Numbered from the stretch's first letter, positions 9,078 to 17,391 are shown. The stretch: 64,000 nt of DNA from a virus (IMGVR_UViG_3300035492_000030:1-64000), one strand, 5' to 3'. Notes: generated by a model not told the origin, from the letters alone. Made by a program: numbers and translations.

Positions 9078-10835
9078 TTAAAAATCAACAACCATATCTT
9101 GAGATTGCTCATAATTTTTTTGGTCATGTTCATCAACAGTAGCGTAAGGATTCGCTGTTGCAAACATATGAGTTGTTGCGTGGTCATATTTTAACCATCC
9201 AGCTTCACCTGTGTTACCAGTACGACGACACTTGACAAGCTGCACCTTAGTGGCTGAACGCTTCACGGGATCGCTGTTCATCTTGTCCCGACTAATCAAG
9301 ATCGTGTTAAACGCAATTTGATTAATGCTAGAGCTACCCATAAGGTCATATTCACTGACAGCGTGTGGATCTTCCCCAGAAGGTTTACGCATGTGCGATA
9401 CAGCAATTACACTAGTATCGGTCTGCTTTGCAAACTTCAGCAGAGTGTCCATGAACTCAATAATTGCACCGTTGTCACTGCTATTAACACCCGCTTGAAC
9501 GGGATCAATGATAATTACATCACAACCCTCGGCTTTTGCGAGATAATTTAGCTTATCAAAAATCTCAGCAGTTGAGATACTACCCTGATGGTCAACGTAA
9601 ACGAATTGATCTTTCTTAGCAAGCCCCTCAAAGAATCGACGTTTCAGAGAATCAATATCAACCATGTTTCGATCAGCAGTACGCAGATTCACACCAGCAT
9701 CAAGCGACACAAGGTCACGAACAACCTCACGCTTAGTACCTTCAAGATACATTGCACCAACTTTGAACTTAGTGTTCTCAATTAAGTTATAAACAATGTT
9801 ATTAACAATCGAAGATTTGCCAATCGACGTAAGTGCCCCGATGACCGTGATTTCGCCCTTTTCGATACCCCCGTTCATCATCTCGTTTAGATGACTCCAA
9901 GCAGCAGGGAACGGAATTTTTACATTATCATCTTCATTTTCAAAATCTTCCCACATTTGGGATAGGTGCAGAATATCCACACGACTAAAAGGAACAGCCT
10001 TCCAAAAGATTTGCTTTAGTTCGCTAACACGATTCATCCGAAGAAGATCGCAAGCGTCCTTAACATCTGCTGGGAATTTAGCAATAAATGCTTTACCCGG
10101 AGAAATCAGGCGCGCGGCTTCCTCAATATAACGTTGTCCGCTTTCATCATTGTCAAAGGCAAGAATGACTTTTTCAAAGCTGTTAATGTATTCAAAATTA
10201 GCTTTGAATTGTTTGATAATACTACCGTCGCCACAAGTTACGCTAACACAAGGAGTCCAATATTCAACCTTATTACCATCTTTGTCGGTTTGTTCACTGT
10301 AAAGAACCTGAGAAAAAGCCATCGCATCTTCTTCACCCGTGGTGATTACTAGATACTTTTGACCTTTCTCAAATACAGCTTGACCAAACATTTCATTAGT
10401 AGCTTTTACACTACCAATTGCAGCAAAGTCCTTAGTTGCAATAATTCGTTTCTTATAACCTACAATCTTACCGTCTACAGTGGACGGATAGAATCGAGTA
10501 GTTGCCTCATCTTCACCTTGAATCTCAGTGCGGACACCATACTTGCGAGAAGTAATGCGAGTAATAGCGCGAGCCTTCCAACCTCGGAACTGAATCTTTT
10601 CAATATCAGAGAAGTCTACAACTTGATTTTGTTTACTTACTACTTCCACCATTTTTACTCCTGCTTCCTCTACTTTTTCAGGATTAAAATACTTATTACA
10701 AGAGAAACAAAAGGCATCAATTATATTTCCGTCATCTGTTTCTTTAGAGTATACAGCCATTGCATCAGAGCTATCACACTCGATGCAGCTTGCATGATAC
10801 ATCAGTTCACCATTATTTTCTTCGTATTTACTCAA
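9078..10835 (-). CDS. Bifunctional primase-helicase (T7 gp4-like)
   Basis: Zn finger CIECDS...CFSCNKY. TOPRIM TTGEEDAMAF / AFDNDESG. Walker A GALTSIGKSS. Walker B VIIIDPV. Confidence 0.85.
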   Translation of the reverse strand: MSKYEENNGELMYHASCIECDSSDAMAVYSKETDDGNIIDAFCFSCNKYFNPEKVEEAGVKMVEVVSKQNQVVDFSDIEKIQFRGWKARAITRITSRKYGVRTEIQGEDEATTRFYPSTVDGKIVGYKKRIIATKDFAAIGSVKATNEMFGQAVFEKGQKYLVITTGEEDAMAFSQVLYSEQTDKDGNKVEYWTPCVSVTCGDGSIIKQFKANFEYINSFEKVILAFDNDESGQRYIEEAARLISPGKAFIAKFPADVKDACDLLRMNRVSELKQIFWKAVPFSRVDILHLSQMWEDFENEDDNVKIPFPAAWSHLNEMMNGGIEKGEITVIGALTSIGKSSIVNNIVYNLIENTKFKVGAMYLEGTKREVVRDLVSLDAGVNLRTADRNMVDIDSLKRRFFEGLAKKDQFVYVDHQGSISTAEIFDKLNYLAKAEGCDVIIIDPVQAGVNSSDNGAIIEFMDTLLKFAKQTDTSVIAVSHMRKPSGEDPHAVSEYDLMGSSSINQIAFNTILISRDKMNSDPVKRSATKVQLVKCRRTGNTGEAGWLKYDHATTHMFATANPYATVDEHDQKNYEQSQDMVVDF

Positions 10836-11108
10836 TCAAATATCCTCCAAAATTTTAATAGCTTTCTGGATCTTTTCTAGAACTTCGTCATCAACCCCAC
10901 AGTTCTCCCATTTACCAGCTTCAAAACCATCATCATACCCTTCTTCTCTTGCTTCCTCAATAGCTTTGTCCAGATAACCTTCAAGGAAATATTCCAAAAA
11001 GTCACTGAGATCAAATCCTTTACACTCAAGGACTCCATTGTAAGCCCAGTTCCTAAGCTGTTCCGGGCTATATTGGCGATAATTCTTAGAAATGTCAGTA
11101 GTGCTCAC
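10836..11108 (-). CDS. Hypothetical protein (acidic)
   Basis: 90-aa ORF abutting the primase-helicase start. Confidence 0.55.
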   Translation of the reverse strand: MSTTDISKNYRQYSPEQLRNWAYNGVLECKGFDLSDFLEYFLEGYLDKAIEEAREEGYDDGFEAGKWENCGVDDEVLEKIQKAIKILEDI

Positions 11109-11377
11109 TGCGTTTCCTCCTTGGACAAATCAAACATAATTTTCAATGATTCTGCGAATTTACCCTTTACAGGTACTAGATCAAAACATTCTTCCCTATC
11201 CCACTGCTTAAATTCATCCGTTAGGTAGTGGTAGACAAAAGTTTTTAGTAATTTCCACTCACCGTCACATTGAGCTTCAATTTGCATCTGTCGTCCACCA
11301 AAATCTACACAGACGCGCATTTCAAGGATGTTCCATTTACGACCATCAGTGGTAAAGAAGTGGGGCAAGCAGTCCAT
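11105..11377 (-). CDS. Hypothetical protein, first gene of the leftward replication operon
   Basis: ATG at 11377 preceded by GGAGGAGAAACAAT. The ORF-track start at 11413 would lie at or upstream of the predicted TSS. Confidence 0.55.
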   Translation of the reverse strand: MDCLPHFFTTDGRKWNILEMRVCVDFGGRQMQIEAQCDGEWKLLKTFVYHYLTDEFKQWDREECFDLVPVKGKFAESLKIMFDLSKEETQ

Positions 11378-11413
11378 ATTGTTTCTCCTCCAGTTTTCGT
11401 TTCGATACCACAC

Positions 11414-11441
11414 ATCTTATCAGATCCTCCGGTGGAGTCAA
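11414..11441 (-). promoter_or_regulatory. sigma70-type promoter for the leftward replication operon
   Basis: Minus strand reads TTGACT-16 nt-TAAGAT, preceded by an A/T-rich AAAATTTCTTGAAAA UP-like element. Confidence 0.6.
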
Positions 11442-11475
11442 CCCCTATTTTCAAGAAATTTTCTGTTCCTTACGC

Positions 11476-11504
11476 TTGACAACCTAGGAAACGAAGCGTA
11501 GAAT
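11476..11504 (+). promoter_or_regulatory. sigma70-type promoter, start of the rightward early block
   Basis: TTGACA (11476-11481), 17 nt, TAGAAT (11499-11504). Divergent from the promoter at 11414-11441. Confidence 0.7.
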
Positions 11505-11510
11505 GGACAA

Positions 11511-11931
11511 CGTAATGCAGAAAAAGCATTGCTCGGGGTTGGATGGGGTCAGAAATGCAACGTGCGTCCAATCTTTAAAGCTCACAAGGGAGTTGACACA
11601 AAGCAGAGTCTAGTCGAAAGAATCGGGACTCGTCAACGGGGCTGTAAGGGCCTATAAAAGCGATTCAAGAGGGTAGTCTTACCAAGACCCTCCTTGGCTG
11701 TCAGGCGTACCTGTGCGTATTGGCAGAGCCTAGAAAGGCTGTTGTTCTCGTCTCAAGTTTGGATGGCACATTTGTGCTTGACACAGGAAGAGAGTGAGGA
11801 TAACCTAAGCGTGACCTCAATCTCAGTCTAGGCTAAGAGTGTGCTCTTGGTATGGCTGGGATTAGGGGTAATCTCGCTTGGATTATCCGAACTCAGTTTG
11901 GATGGGTATTACATTTGATACAGGATTAGAA
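11511..11931 (+). ncRNA. Long structured untranslated leader / candidate ncRNA upstream of a small HNH gene
   Basis: About 420 nt with no ORF >=60 aa on either strand, visibly more GC-rich than its flanks, many hairpins (e.g. GAGGGTAGTCTT-acca-AAGACCCTC), and AGTTTGGATGG...ACATTTG repeated at 11756 and 11895. Confidence 0.45.
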
Positions 11932-12306
11932 ATGAGTAAGAAGAAAGATTTAGATGAGATATATGCAGACACTTGGAACAGACGAGACTTGATGTTAAAC
12001 GGCATTACTTACAACGAATACCTAAAGACAGACCATTGGAAATCTACGAAGCTAAAAGCACTGAAAAGACCTAACTACAAGAAATGTGAATTCTGTGATT
12101 GTCAAAAGATAGAATTGCATCACACAAGCTATAAACATTTGTTTGACAAAAGAGAGCTTTGCAATATAATTGCTCTTTGTAGGTTGCATCACCAAGAAGT
12201 ACATGACTACGCAAAACATACCGGATTCTCTGTTAGGGTTGCAACAAATCACTTGAGAAGAAAATACAAACCGGATTATACTAAAAAGAACAGGGTGCAA
12301 AATTAA
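11932..12306 (+). CDS. Small HNH endonuclease
   Basis: 124 aa from the ATG at 11932 (the ORF-track start at 11878 is TTG). CEFCDC...ELHHTSY...CRLHHQEVH is a Cys/His HNH layout. Confidence 0.65.
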   Translation: MSKKKDLDEIYADTWNRRDLMLNGITYNEYLKTDHWKSTKLKALKRPNYKKCEFCDCQKIELHHTSYKHLFDKRELCNIIALCRLHHQEVHDYAKHTGFSVRVATNHLRRKYKPDYTKKNRVQN

Positions 12307-12488
12307 TGAAGATTAAGCTTAGAAAGAATTACAAATTCATTGGTGGCCACTTGTTCAAAAATGTATCACATCTTAAAGAGTATGAAGTAGTTGACAAATG
12401 GTGTGTATCGAAGTACATTATCGATGACTCAGGGCAACGAATCTGTGTGAGTAACTCAGCATTCAAGAAATATTTCAAGGAGGTTTGA
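12306..12488 (+). CDS. Hypothetical protein
   Basis: 60-aa ORF with TAATG stop/start overlap with the upstream gene. Confidence 0.5.
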   Translation: MKIKLRKNYKFIGGHLFKNVSHLKEYEVVDKWCVSKYIIDDSGQRICVSNSAFKKYFKEV

Positions 12489-12489
12489 T

Positions 12490-12660
12490 ATGAAAGTATA
12501 TGAATTAATTGAAGTATTGAAGGAGATGGACCCACAAGCTGTTGTGGAATGTCTAGAAGACAGCTACTATATGTCATTCTCTGAAATAACCAAAGTAAAA
12601 CAAGAAGTTTTTGACATTGATGAAGATGGTAATTCAATTAATAAGGTGTTCATTCTATGA
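12490..12660 (+). CDS. Small hypothetical protein (56 aa), MKxxELIxxLKE family
   Basis: Below the ORF-track cutoff. AAGGAGG RBS. ATGA overlap with the next gene. Paralog-like to 27947..28177 and 37054..37233. Confidence 0.5.
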   Translation: MKVYELIEVLKEMDPQAVVECLEDSYYMSFSEITKVKQEVFDIDEDGNSINKVFIL

Positions 12661-12911
12661 AAATTATCGAAAACAATTGGAATCAAAGTAAAGAAGTGGT
12701 GTATAAAGGTAATACTCTAATTGTTCCGATCTGGACTAATTGGGTTGCAACAGACGCAAATGGTTTGGTAGTAGCATACAAAGGGAAACCTGTGCGAGAA
12801 GAACTTTGGTGGGAAGAAAATAGCTGTTTTGATGATATTCAATATATTGGAAAAGCAGAATTTGAAGCAAATGAAGATTGGAAACAATCCCTTGAATATG
12901 TAGGAGAATGA
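12657..12911 (+). CDS. Hypothetical protein
   Basis: 84-aa ORF, co-oriented and tightly packed. Confidence 0.55.
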   Translation: MKIIENNWNQSKEVVYKGNTLIVPIWTNWVATDANGLVVAYKGKPVREELWWEENSCFDDIQYIGKAEFEANEDWKQSLEYVGE

Positions 12912-12914
12912 ATT

Positions 12915-13016
12915 ATGAGTAAATTTAAAGTTGGTGATAAGGTAATTTGTGTAAATGATAAAGGATGGACAAAAGGTTATGTTGTAAACGGGGAGGATTT
13001 ATACAGTAGTAAATAA
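12915..13016 (+). pseudogene. Truncated or frameshifted small ORF (33 codons) that continues in the +1 frame into 13114..13473
   Basis: ATG at 12915 with TAGGAGAATGAATT upstream. The frame breaks at the G-run 12990-12993. The +1 frame is open from 12988 to 13473. Confidence 0.4.
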
Positions 13017-13113
13017 GTGTTATGAACTATGCCTGCCTGATCAAGTTAGCATCAGTTGTGTAAACGGTCCGTTTAGCAAAGATTTTAAACTTTACAAAGA
13101 GGGGAAAGAACAA

Positions 13114-13473
13114 GTGAAATTTGATATGAAAACTCAACCTTGGTTTATTCGGTTTTCGAGTGTAGAAGAGGCAGCATTGGTAGACGAATGGCTTGAAGAA
13201 AACTTTGGTAGTACCCTTAATCTTTACAGCAATAATATTATTGGTGTAACCAATACTGATAATGACGGTAATGCCTCAAATGACTACTTGTATTGGGTGG
13301 ACGAGAGTGCTTTGACAAAAACTAAACGTCATGAAATTAAACTAAATTTCAAAACTATTATTGATAGTGTAGAGTGGCCTTCTTTCAGATCAGAAAAAGA
13401 CCTAAAGATTGAAGAACTAGAAAAGACTATTGCAGAAGCTCAGAAGAAATTACAAGAACTTAAAGAGATGTGA
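13114..13473 (+). CDS. Hypothetical protein (C-terminal coiled coil)
   Basis: 119-aa ORF, GTG start with AGAGGGG RBS. May be the 3' part of a longer frameshifted gene. Confidence 0.5.
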   Translation: MKFDMKTQPWFIRFSSVEEAALVDEWLEENFGSTLNLYSNNIIGVTNTDNDGNASNDYLYWVDESALTKTKRHEIKLNFKTIIDSVEWPSFRSEKDLKIEELEKTIAEAQKKLQELKEM

Positions 13474-13520
13474 CATTGCAGGCTGTTGAGAAGAATTTCA
13501 GAAAATGTCTAATTTTCCTC

Positions 13521-13549
13521 TTGACAGCCTTTTCTTTTGTGTGTAAGAT
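13521..13549 (+). promoter_or_regulatory. sigma70-type promoter
   Basis: TTGACA-17-TAAGAT, with AGAATTTCAGAAAA UP-like element upstream. Confidence 0.65.
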
Positions 13550-13581
13550 TGCTCGCATCAACCCCTAACCGGAATCACATC

Positions 13582-14082
13582 ATGAATATCTTCTGTGTCT
13601 ATGAATGCCCTATAGAATCTGCAAAAGTACTGCCGGATAATTTGACAAATAAGATGATCTTAGAATCGGCTCAGATGCTTTGCACGGCACACGCTGTTCT
13701 TGATGGCGTGCAGAAGAAATACAAGCCTACCCATAGCAATCATCCGTGTTCGGTTTTTGTACGAAAGAGTAAAGAAAATTACAATTGGCTGTATCGTCAT
13801 TTTCAAGCACTTTGCGAGGAATATTCGTACCGGACAGGGAAGGTTCACGCCACAAGCTCTTTGCTGGAAGAATTAAAAACAGCCCCGAAAAACATTGGTA
13901 ACAACCCGCTTTCGATTGATTTTATGTGCATGGATGACAAGTACAAAAAGACCCTTGACACGCACGAGAATTACCGCATATACTTGGCTCACAAGATCAA
14001 GGATTGGGCGGAGCGTACTGAAAAACGCCCTATCATTGCAAGATGGACTAAACGTAATAAACCGGAATTCTTCAATATTTAA
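13582..14082 (+). CDS. Conserved phage protein of unknown function
   Basis: 166 aa from the ATG at 13582. MNIFCVYECPIESAKVLPDNLTNKMILESAQML resembles a widespread phage/viral N-terminal block (..D.P..AA..L.D.H..KMILE.AQ.L). Function not assigned. Confidence 0.55.
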   Translation: MNIFCVYECPIESAKVLPDNLTNKMILESAQMLCTAHAVLDGVQKKYKPTHSNHPCSVFVRKSKENYNWLYRHFQALCEEYSYRTGKVHATSSLLEELKTAPKNIGNNPLSIDFMCMDDKYKKTLDTHENYRIYLAHKIKDWAERTEKRPIIARWTKRNKPEFFNI

Positions 14083-14094
14083 GGAGATTTAAAT

Positions 14095-14271
14095 ATGTTT
14101 GATAAATCAAAATGGATTGGTCGTAAATTCAAATGTAAAAAGACTGGAGAAATCCTAGAACTAACAGAAGAAAATGTTTCTCCTCGGAGGTTTCTGAAAT
14201 TCGGAGAATGTTTTATTGATCTGGGTGATGGATATTATGCCCGCTTTGGTGGGGAAATAGAGGAGATTTAA
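14095..14271 (+). CDS. Small hypothetical protein (58 aa)
   Basis: Below the ORF-track cutoff. AAGGAG RBS 8 nt upstream of the ATG. Confidence 0.45.
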   Translation: MFDKSKWIGRKFKCKKTGEILELTEENVSPRRFLKFGECFIDLGDGYYARFGGEIEEI

Positions 14272-14273
14272 AA

Positions 14274-14408
14274 ATGACTGTAAATGGCAAATACTACTCT
14301 TGGAAAGAGATTTACAACCTTTGTGGTCTTTGTAACGAAGATTTCACATATGACTATGCAGGATCTTACGCAGACCTTGTAGCAGCAATTAAGGAGATTA
14401 AAGAATGA
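14274..14408 (+). CDS. Small hypothetical protein (44 aa)
   Basis: GAGGAG RBS. ATGA overlap with the next gene. Confidence 0.4.
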   Translation: MTVNGKYYSWKEIYNLCGLCNEDFTYDYAGSYADLVAAIKEIKE

Positions 14409-14698
14409 ACTTTCAATATGAAACAGAAATTGAATTTAATGAAGAATTGTGTTCAGCTATTATCACTCTGGATAATATAGAATATGAGCATGTTCCAGGT
14501 AGCTATTCATATAATGCAGTAAGTGATAGGGATTATTATGGTTACACTAACCTCTACTTCACTGTAAAATCTGTTGAAGTAGAAAAACAGAACGGAAGCA
14601 CATTCTACACAAATTCAAAAAATGTAATCAAGGGGCTTATTTCAGATAAATTGTATGCAAGTATTTATGATTGGCTCTTGGATCAAATGAGGAAATAA
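14405..14698 (+). CDS. Hypothetical protein
   Basis: 97-aa ORF with AAGGAG RBS. Confidence 0.55.
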   Translation: MNFQYETEIEFNEELCSAIITLDNIEYEHVPGSYSYNAVSDRDYYGYTNLYFTVKSVEVEKQNGSTFYTNSKNVIKGLISDKLYASIYDWLLDQMRK

Positions 14699-14700
14699 AA

Positions 14701-14916
14701 ATGCAACTTAAGGATAAATTTCTAGTTAAGATTTATTTCAAGAGTGGTAATTCTTATGAAACATGGTTTGATGAAATTTCTACTAAATATTCAGGGGATG
14801 AACTGAAGAGTTTGGAGTGGAAGTTTCATAAAGTAGAACAAAATATTTTCTGGTCACTGAAAGATGTTGAATTTATTCAAATTGTCAAGAAAAGTAAGTA
14901 CATATCTTTCAAATGA
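14701..14916 (+). CDS. Hypothetical protein
   Basis: ATG at 14701 with GAGGAAATAAAA upstream (the ORF-track start at 14671 is unlikely). Confidence 0.5.
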   Translation: MQLKDKFLVKIYFKSGNSYETWFDEISTKYSGDELKSLEWKFHKVEQNIFWSLKDVEFIQIVKKSKYISFK

Positions 14917-15272
14917 TTTCTAAAGAATTGCAATATTGCCTCGATAAATGTCGAGGCATCCCCTACGAAAAAGGAAAGGCTAGGGTGTTCGCAACGATCC
15001 GGGACAAGAAGGGGAAGATTGTTTCTGAGGCAGCAAACAGCTATACCCGTACCCACCCGACTATGCACAGATGTAGCAGAAAGCTGGGGTTGGTAAAAGA
15101 TTATCTCCATGCCGAGGTGTTGGCTGTGCTGAGAGCAAAAGGGAAAGGTTGTAGGTTGTACGTTGCAAGAGTTGATGCCAAGGGAAACCCTGTTCCTGCT
15201 TTTCCGTGTGTTGTATGCAGAGAGGCTATCAGGCTTGAAGGATCAATAAAATCTATCGAGTGTACAGTGTAG
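14913..15272 (+). CDS. Small cytidine/deoxycytidylate-deaminase-fold protein
   Basis: 119 aa with the zinc motifs HAEVLAV and PCVVCREAI (H-A-E ... P-C-x-x-C). Confidence 0.6.
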   Translation: MISKELQYCLDKCRGIPYEKGKARVFATIRDKKGKIVSEAANSYTRTHPTMHRCSRKLGLVKDYLHAEVLAVLRAKGKGCRLYVARVDAKGNPVPAFPCVVCREAIRLEGSIKSIECTV

Positions 15273-15349
15273 AATAGAAATTTTCAATTTGAAACCGTCT
15301 GTATTGCTTGGTAATCTATCAACAATCGGAAAACAACGAGGAATTTTAA

Positions 15350-15580
15350 ATGGAAATTGACATCCGTAAAGATATAGTGGACGAAGTTAAAATTATTCGC
15401 TTTGATGATAAAAGTGAGGAATACTACAATGCAAGCTATCTTGAGAAGGGAATTTGTATTCGTATTTATCACGATAAAGAAGATAAAGAAAAGTTTCTTT
15501 CTTTGACATCAAAACAACATGCAGAGAATCTAATCAAAGCTTTGCAAAAAGCTATTAAACTTGATTGGTGGAAAGAATGA
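15350..15580 (+). CDS. Hypothetical protein
   Basis: 76-aa ORF with GAGGAATTTTAA upstream of the ATG. Confidence 0.55.
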   Translation: MEIDIRKDIVDEVKIIRFDDKSEEYYNASYLEKGICIRIYHDKEDKEKFLSLTSKQHAENLIKALQKAIKLDWWKE

Positions 15581-15753
15581 ACTACAAAGAAACCTACCAC
15601 CTATTCCATTTCTTCATGTTTTTGATTACTGGGATGTTGTGGAGTCCAATTTGGATTTGGAGAACACTATCAAACAATCAACACAATCGAAAGGTTGAAA
15701 TGCAGATGATGCGAGAAAGCCTAGAAGAAATGAAATGTAATAATAGGAAATGA
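15577..15753 (+). CDS. Small membrane protein (58 aa)
   Basis: ATG at 15577 overlaps the upstream stop. Hydrophobic stretch HLFHFFMFLITGMLWSPIWIW. Confidence 0.45.
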   Translation: MNYKETYHLFHFFMFLITGMLWSPIWIWRTLSNNQHNRKVEMQMMRESLEEMKCNNRK

Positions 15754-15755
15754 TG

Positions 15756-15784
15756 TTGACAAGGACACCATGAGAAGGTAGAAT
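15756..15784 (+). promoter_or_regulatory. sigma70-type promoter
   Basis: TTGACA-17-TAGAAT. Confidence 0.7.
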
Positions 15785-15826
15785 ACCTGCCAGCTTGTGG
15801 TGTTTTCTTCATTTGGAGCTTTTGAA

Positions 15827-16417
15827 ATGAGCAGAGTTTATATCCAACCCTCTTGGGTCGATTCATGTTCCGACCATCTTGAGTGGTCTGGTCAGAGTCC
15901 AGACGACAGGAAGCGTAAATCTCACATGATTGGCAACAAAGCCAATCTATCTGCTTATAACGAACCAGAACAAAAGAAAAAGTCAGCTTCGAAGAAGCGA
16001 TCAGCATTTGAGCGGGCAAATTTAGCAGACGCTCATTACGAAAGACTTGAGCAATTATCAATTGAACTCGATGAAGAATTGGACAGCGGGAAATTATCTT
16101 TTGAAGATTGGTCTTGTGCAAGAAATCAACTAGACAAAAGATTAGACAAGGCTTGGCAGCGCGTCTGCTCTGCTAGAAATTGGAATCCAGCGGAAAAAGA
16201 TGATGAGATTTATTCTCTTTGCCTTGATGAGATGGAAGAAAAACACCAACAAAAAAGAACGCAAAAACCAGTTGACAACCAACAAGAACAAGATTTAAGC
16301 TTTAGTCATGAACTGATCGACAGTCTTAGTGATGGAAATTGCTTCAAGTTACCATTGCAAAAACTATTGACAGCGAAAGAAAAGATGGTTAAGATATTGG
16401 AAATCCTCAGAAACTAG
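15827..16417 (+). CDS. Hypothetical protein
   Basis: 196 aa from the ATG at 15827 (GGAG 10 nt upstream). Charged and coiled-coil rich. Confidence 0.55.
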   Translation: MSRVYIQPSWVDSCSDHLEWSGQSPDDRKRKSHMIGNKANLSAYNEPEQKKKSASKKRSAFERANLADAHYERLEQLSIELDEELDSGKLSFEDWSCARNQLDKRLDKAWQRVCSARNWNPAEKDDEIYSLCLDEMEEKHQQKRTQKPVDNQQEQDLSFSHELIDSLSDGNCFKLPLQKLLTAKEKMVKILEILRN

Positions 16418-16426
16418 GAGAGTAAA

Positions 16427-16633
16427 ATGCAAAATATCTACACTAAAGCAGAACGTACAGTAAAGAAATATACCGTTGGTGAAGCAGTAGAATCTGCAAA
16501 ACGGGCACTAAAAGGTATCCCTATGTGCATGAATACGATTGGGAACCGTGATCTAAAAGAAAAGATCACGCTTGAAGAACTTAATAATATTCGTCAATCC
16601 ATTATTGACGACTCGCATTATTATAACTACTGA
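16427..16633 (+). CDS. Hypothetical protein
   Basis: 68-aa ORF with TAGGAGAG RBS. Confidence 0.55.
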   Translation: MQNIYTKAERTVKKYTVGEAVESAKRALKGIPMCMNTIGNRDLKEKITLEELNNIRQSIIDDSHYYNY

Positions 16634-16646
16634 TTCAGGTGATAAT

Positions 16647-16820
16647 ATGTTTGTTGTAATCTACAAAGATTCTGAAGGAAACGAGGACATTTGTGAGAAT
16701 GAAAAAGGAATTAAGCTTTTCAAAACAATTGCAGAAGCACATGCTTGCATTGATTGGTTGGAAAGTGTAGGATATTGGTCAGAATCCTATCGTATTGCAA
16801 AATTGACTTTCATTGACTAA
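16647..16820 (+). CDS. Small hypothetical protein (57 aa)
   Basis: ATG at 16647 (MFVVIYKDSEGNE...) with CAGGTGA upstream. The ORF-track start at 16572 overlaps the previous gene. Confidence 0.45.
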   Translation: MFVVIYKDSEGNEDICENEKGIKLFKTIAEAHACIDWLESVGYWSESYRIAKLTFID

Positions 16821-16832
16821 GGGTGCTAGCAA

Positions 16833-17021
16833 ATGAGTATTAAATCAGAAATTAAACACTACATTGAAGGTCGGCTCCACTATACTTTGAAGGCAGGAGC
16901 AGAGATCCAAGTTTCAGAGTTTGACGAAGATGAAAACGAGACAATTAAAATTGTAAGATTGAAACAAGATGCTATAATGTATCTTGAAAGCGGCAACTGG
17001 GAAGTAGAGATTAAGGATTAA
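16833..17021 (+). CDS. Hypothetical protein
   Basis: 62-aa ORF, co-oriented. Confidence 0.5.
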   Translation: MSIKSEIKHYIEGRLHYTLKAGAEIQVSEFDEDENETIKIVRLKQDAIMYLESGNWEVEIKD

Positions 17022-17027
17022 TTAAAA

Positions 17028-17249
17028 ATGAAATTATTTGTTGGATATGTGTACACAAATGGAGAGAACCCGTTTCCTAAATTTGGAAACTATATCTTCG
17101 ACACAGAATATGACGAGGATGAAAAAGAATGCGTTGAACTTCTAATTAATGAAGGTTATACTTACAAAATTGAGAATAGAATCCTTAGAAGTATCAAGGA
17201 GGATTGTAAAGAACTAAATATCATCTCCGTTAGTAAAATTGAAGGCTAA
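17028..17249 (+). CDS. Hypothetical protein
   Basis: 73-aa ORF, co-oriented. Confidence 0.5.
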   Translation: MKLFVGYVYTNGENPFPKFGNYIFDTEYDEDEKECVELLINEGYTYKIENRILRSIKEDCKELNIISVSKIEG

Positions 17250-17253
17250 GTAA

Positions 17254-17391
17254 ATGAAACAATCTCAAATTGCAAAAGTGACTATGAGCATGGACGAATA
17301 CAAAGCAGAACAACGGAAAGAACACAAGAAAGAAAAAGAATTTCGTAAGATGCGCCGCAATAGAAAATGGCAATGGAGCGGCGGTGAATAA
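17254..17391 (+). CDS. Small basic hypothetical protein (45 aa)
   Basis: Below cutoff. GAAGG upstream. The stop lies inside the ATAGAAAATTTCAA junction motif. Confidence 0.35.
   Translation: MKQSQIAKVTMSMDEYKAEQRKEHKKEKEFRKMRRNRKWQWSGGE

Noticed and set aside
11505-11931. Group I intron call for the structured leader (shares CTAGTCGAAAG with the intron R region)
   Set aside because: No S element (AGATATAGTC), no P/Q pair and no interrupted flanking reading frame were found. The region lies between divergent promoters, not inside a gene.
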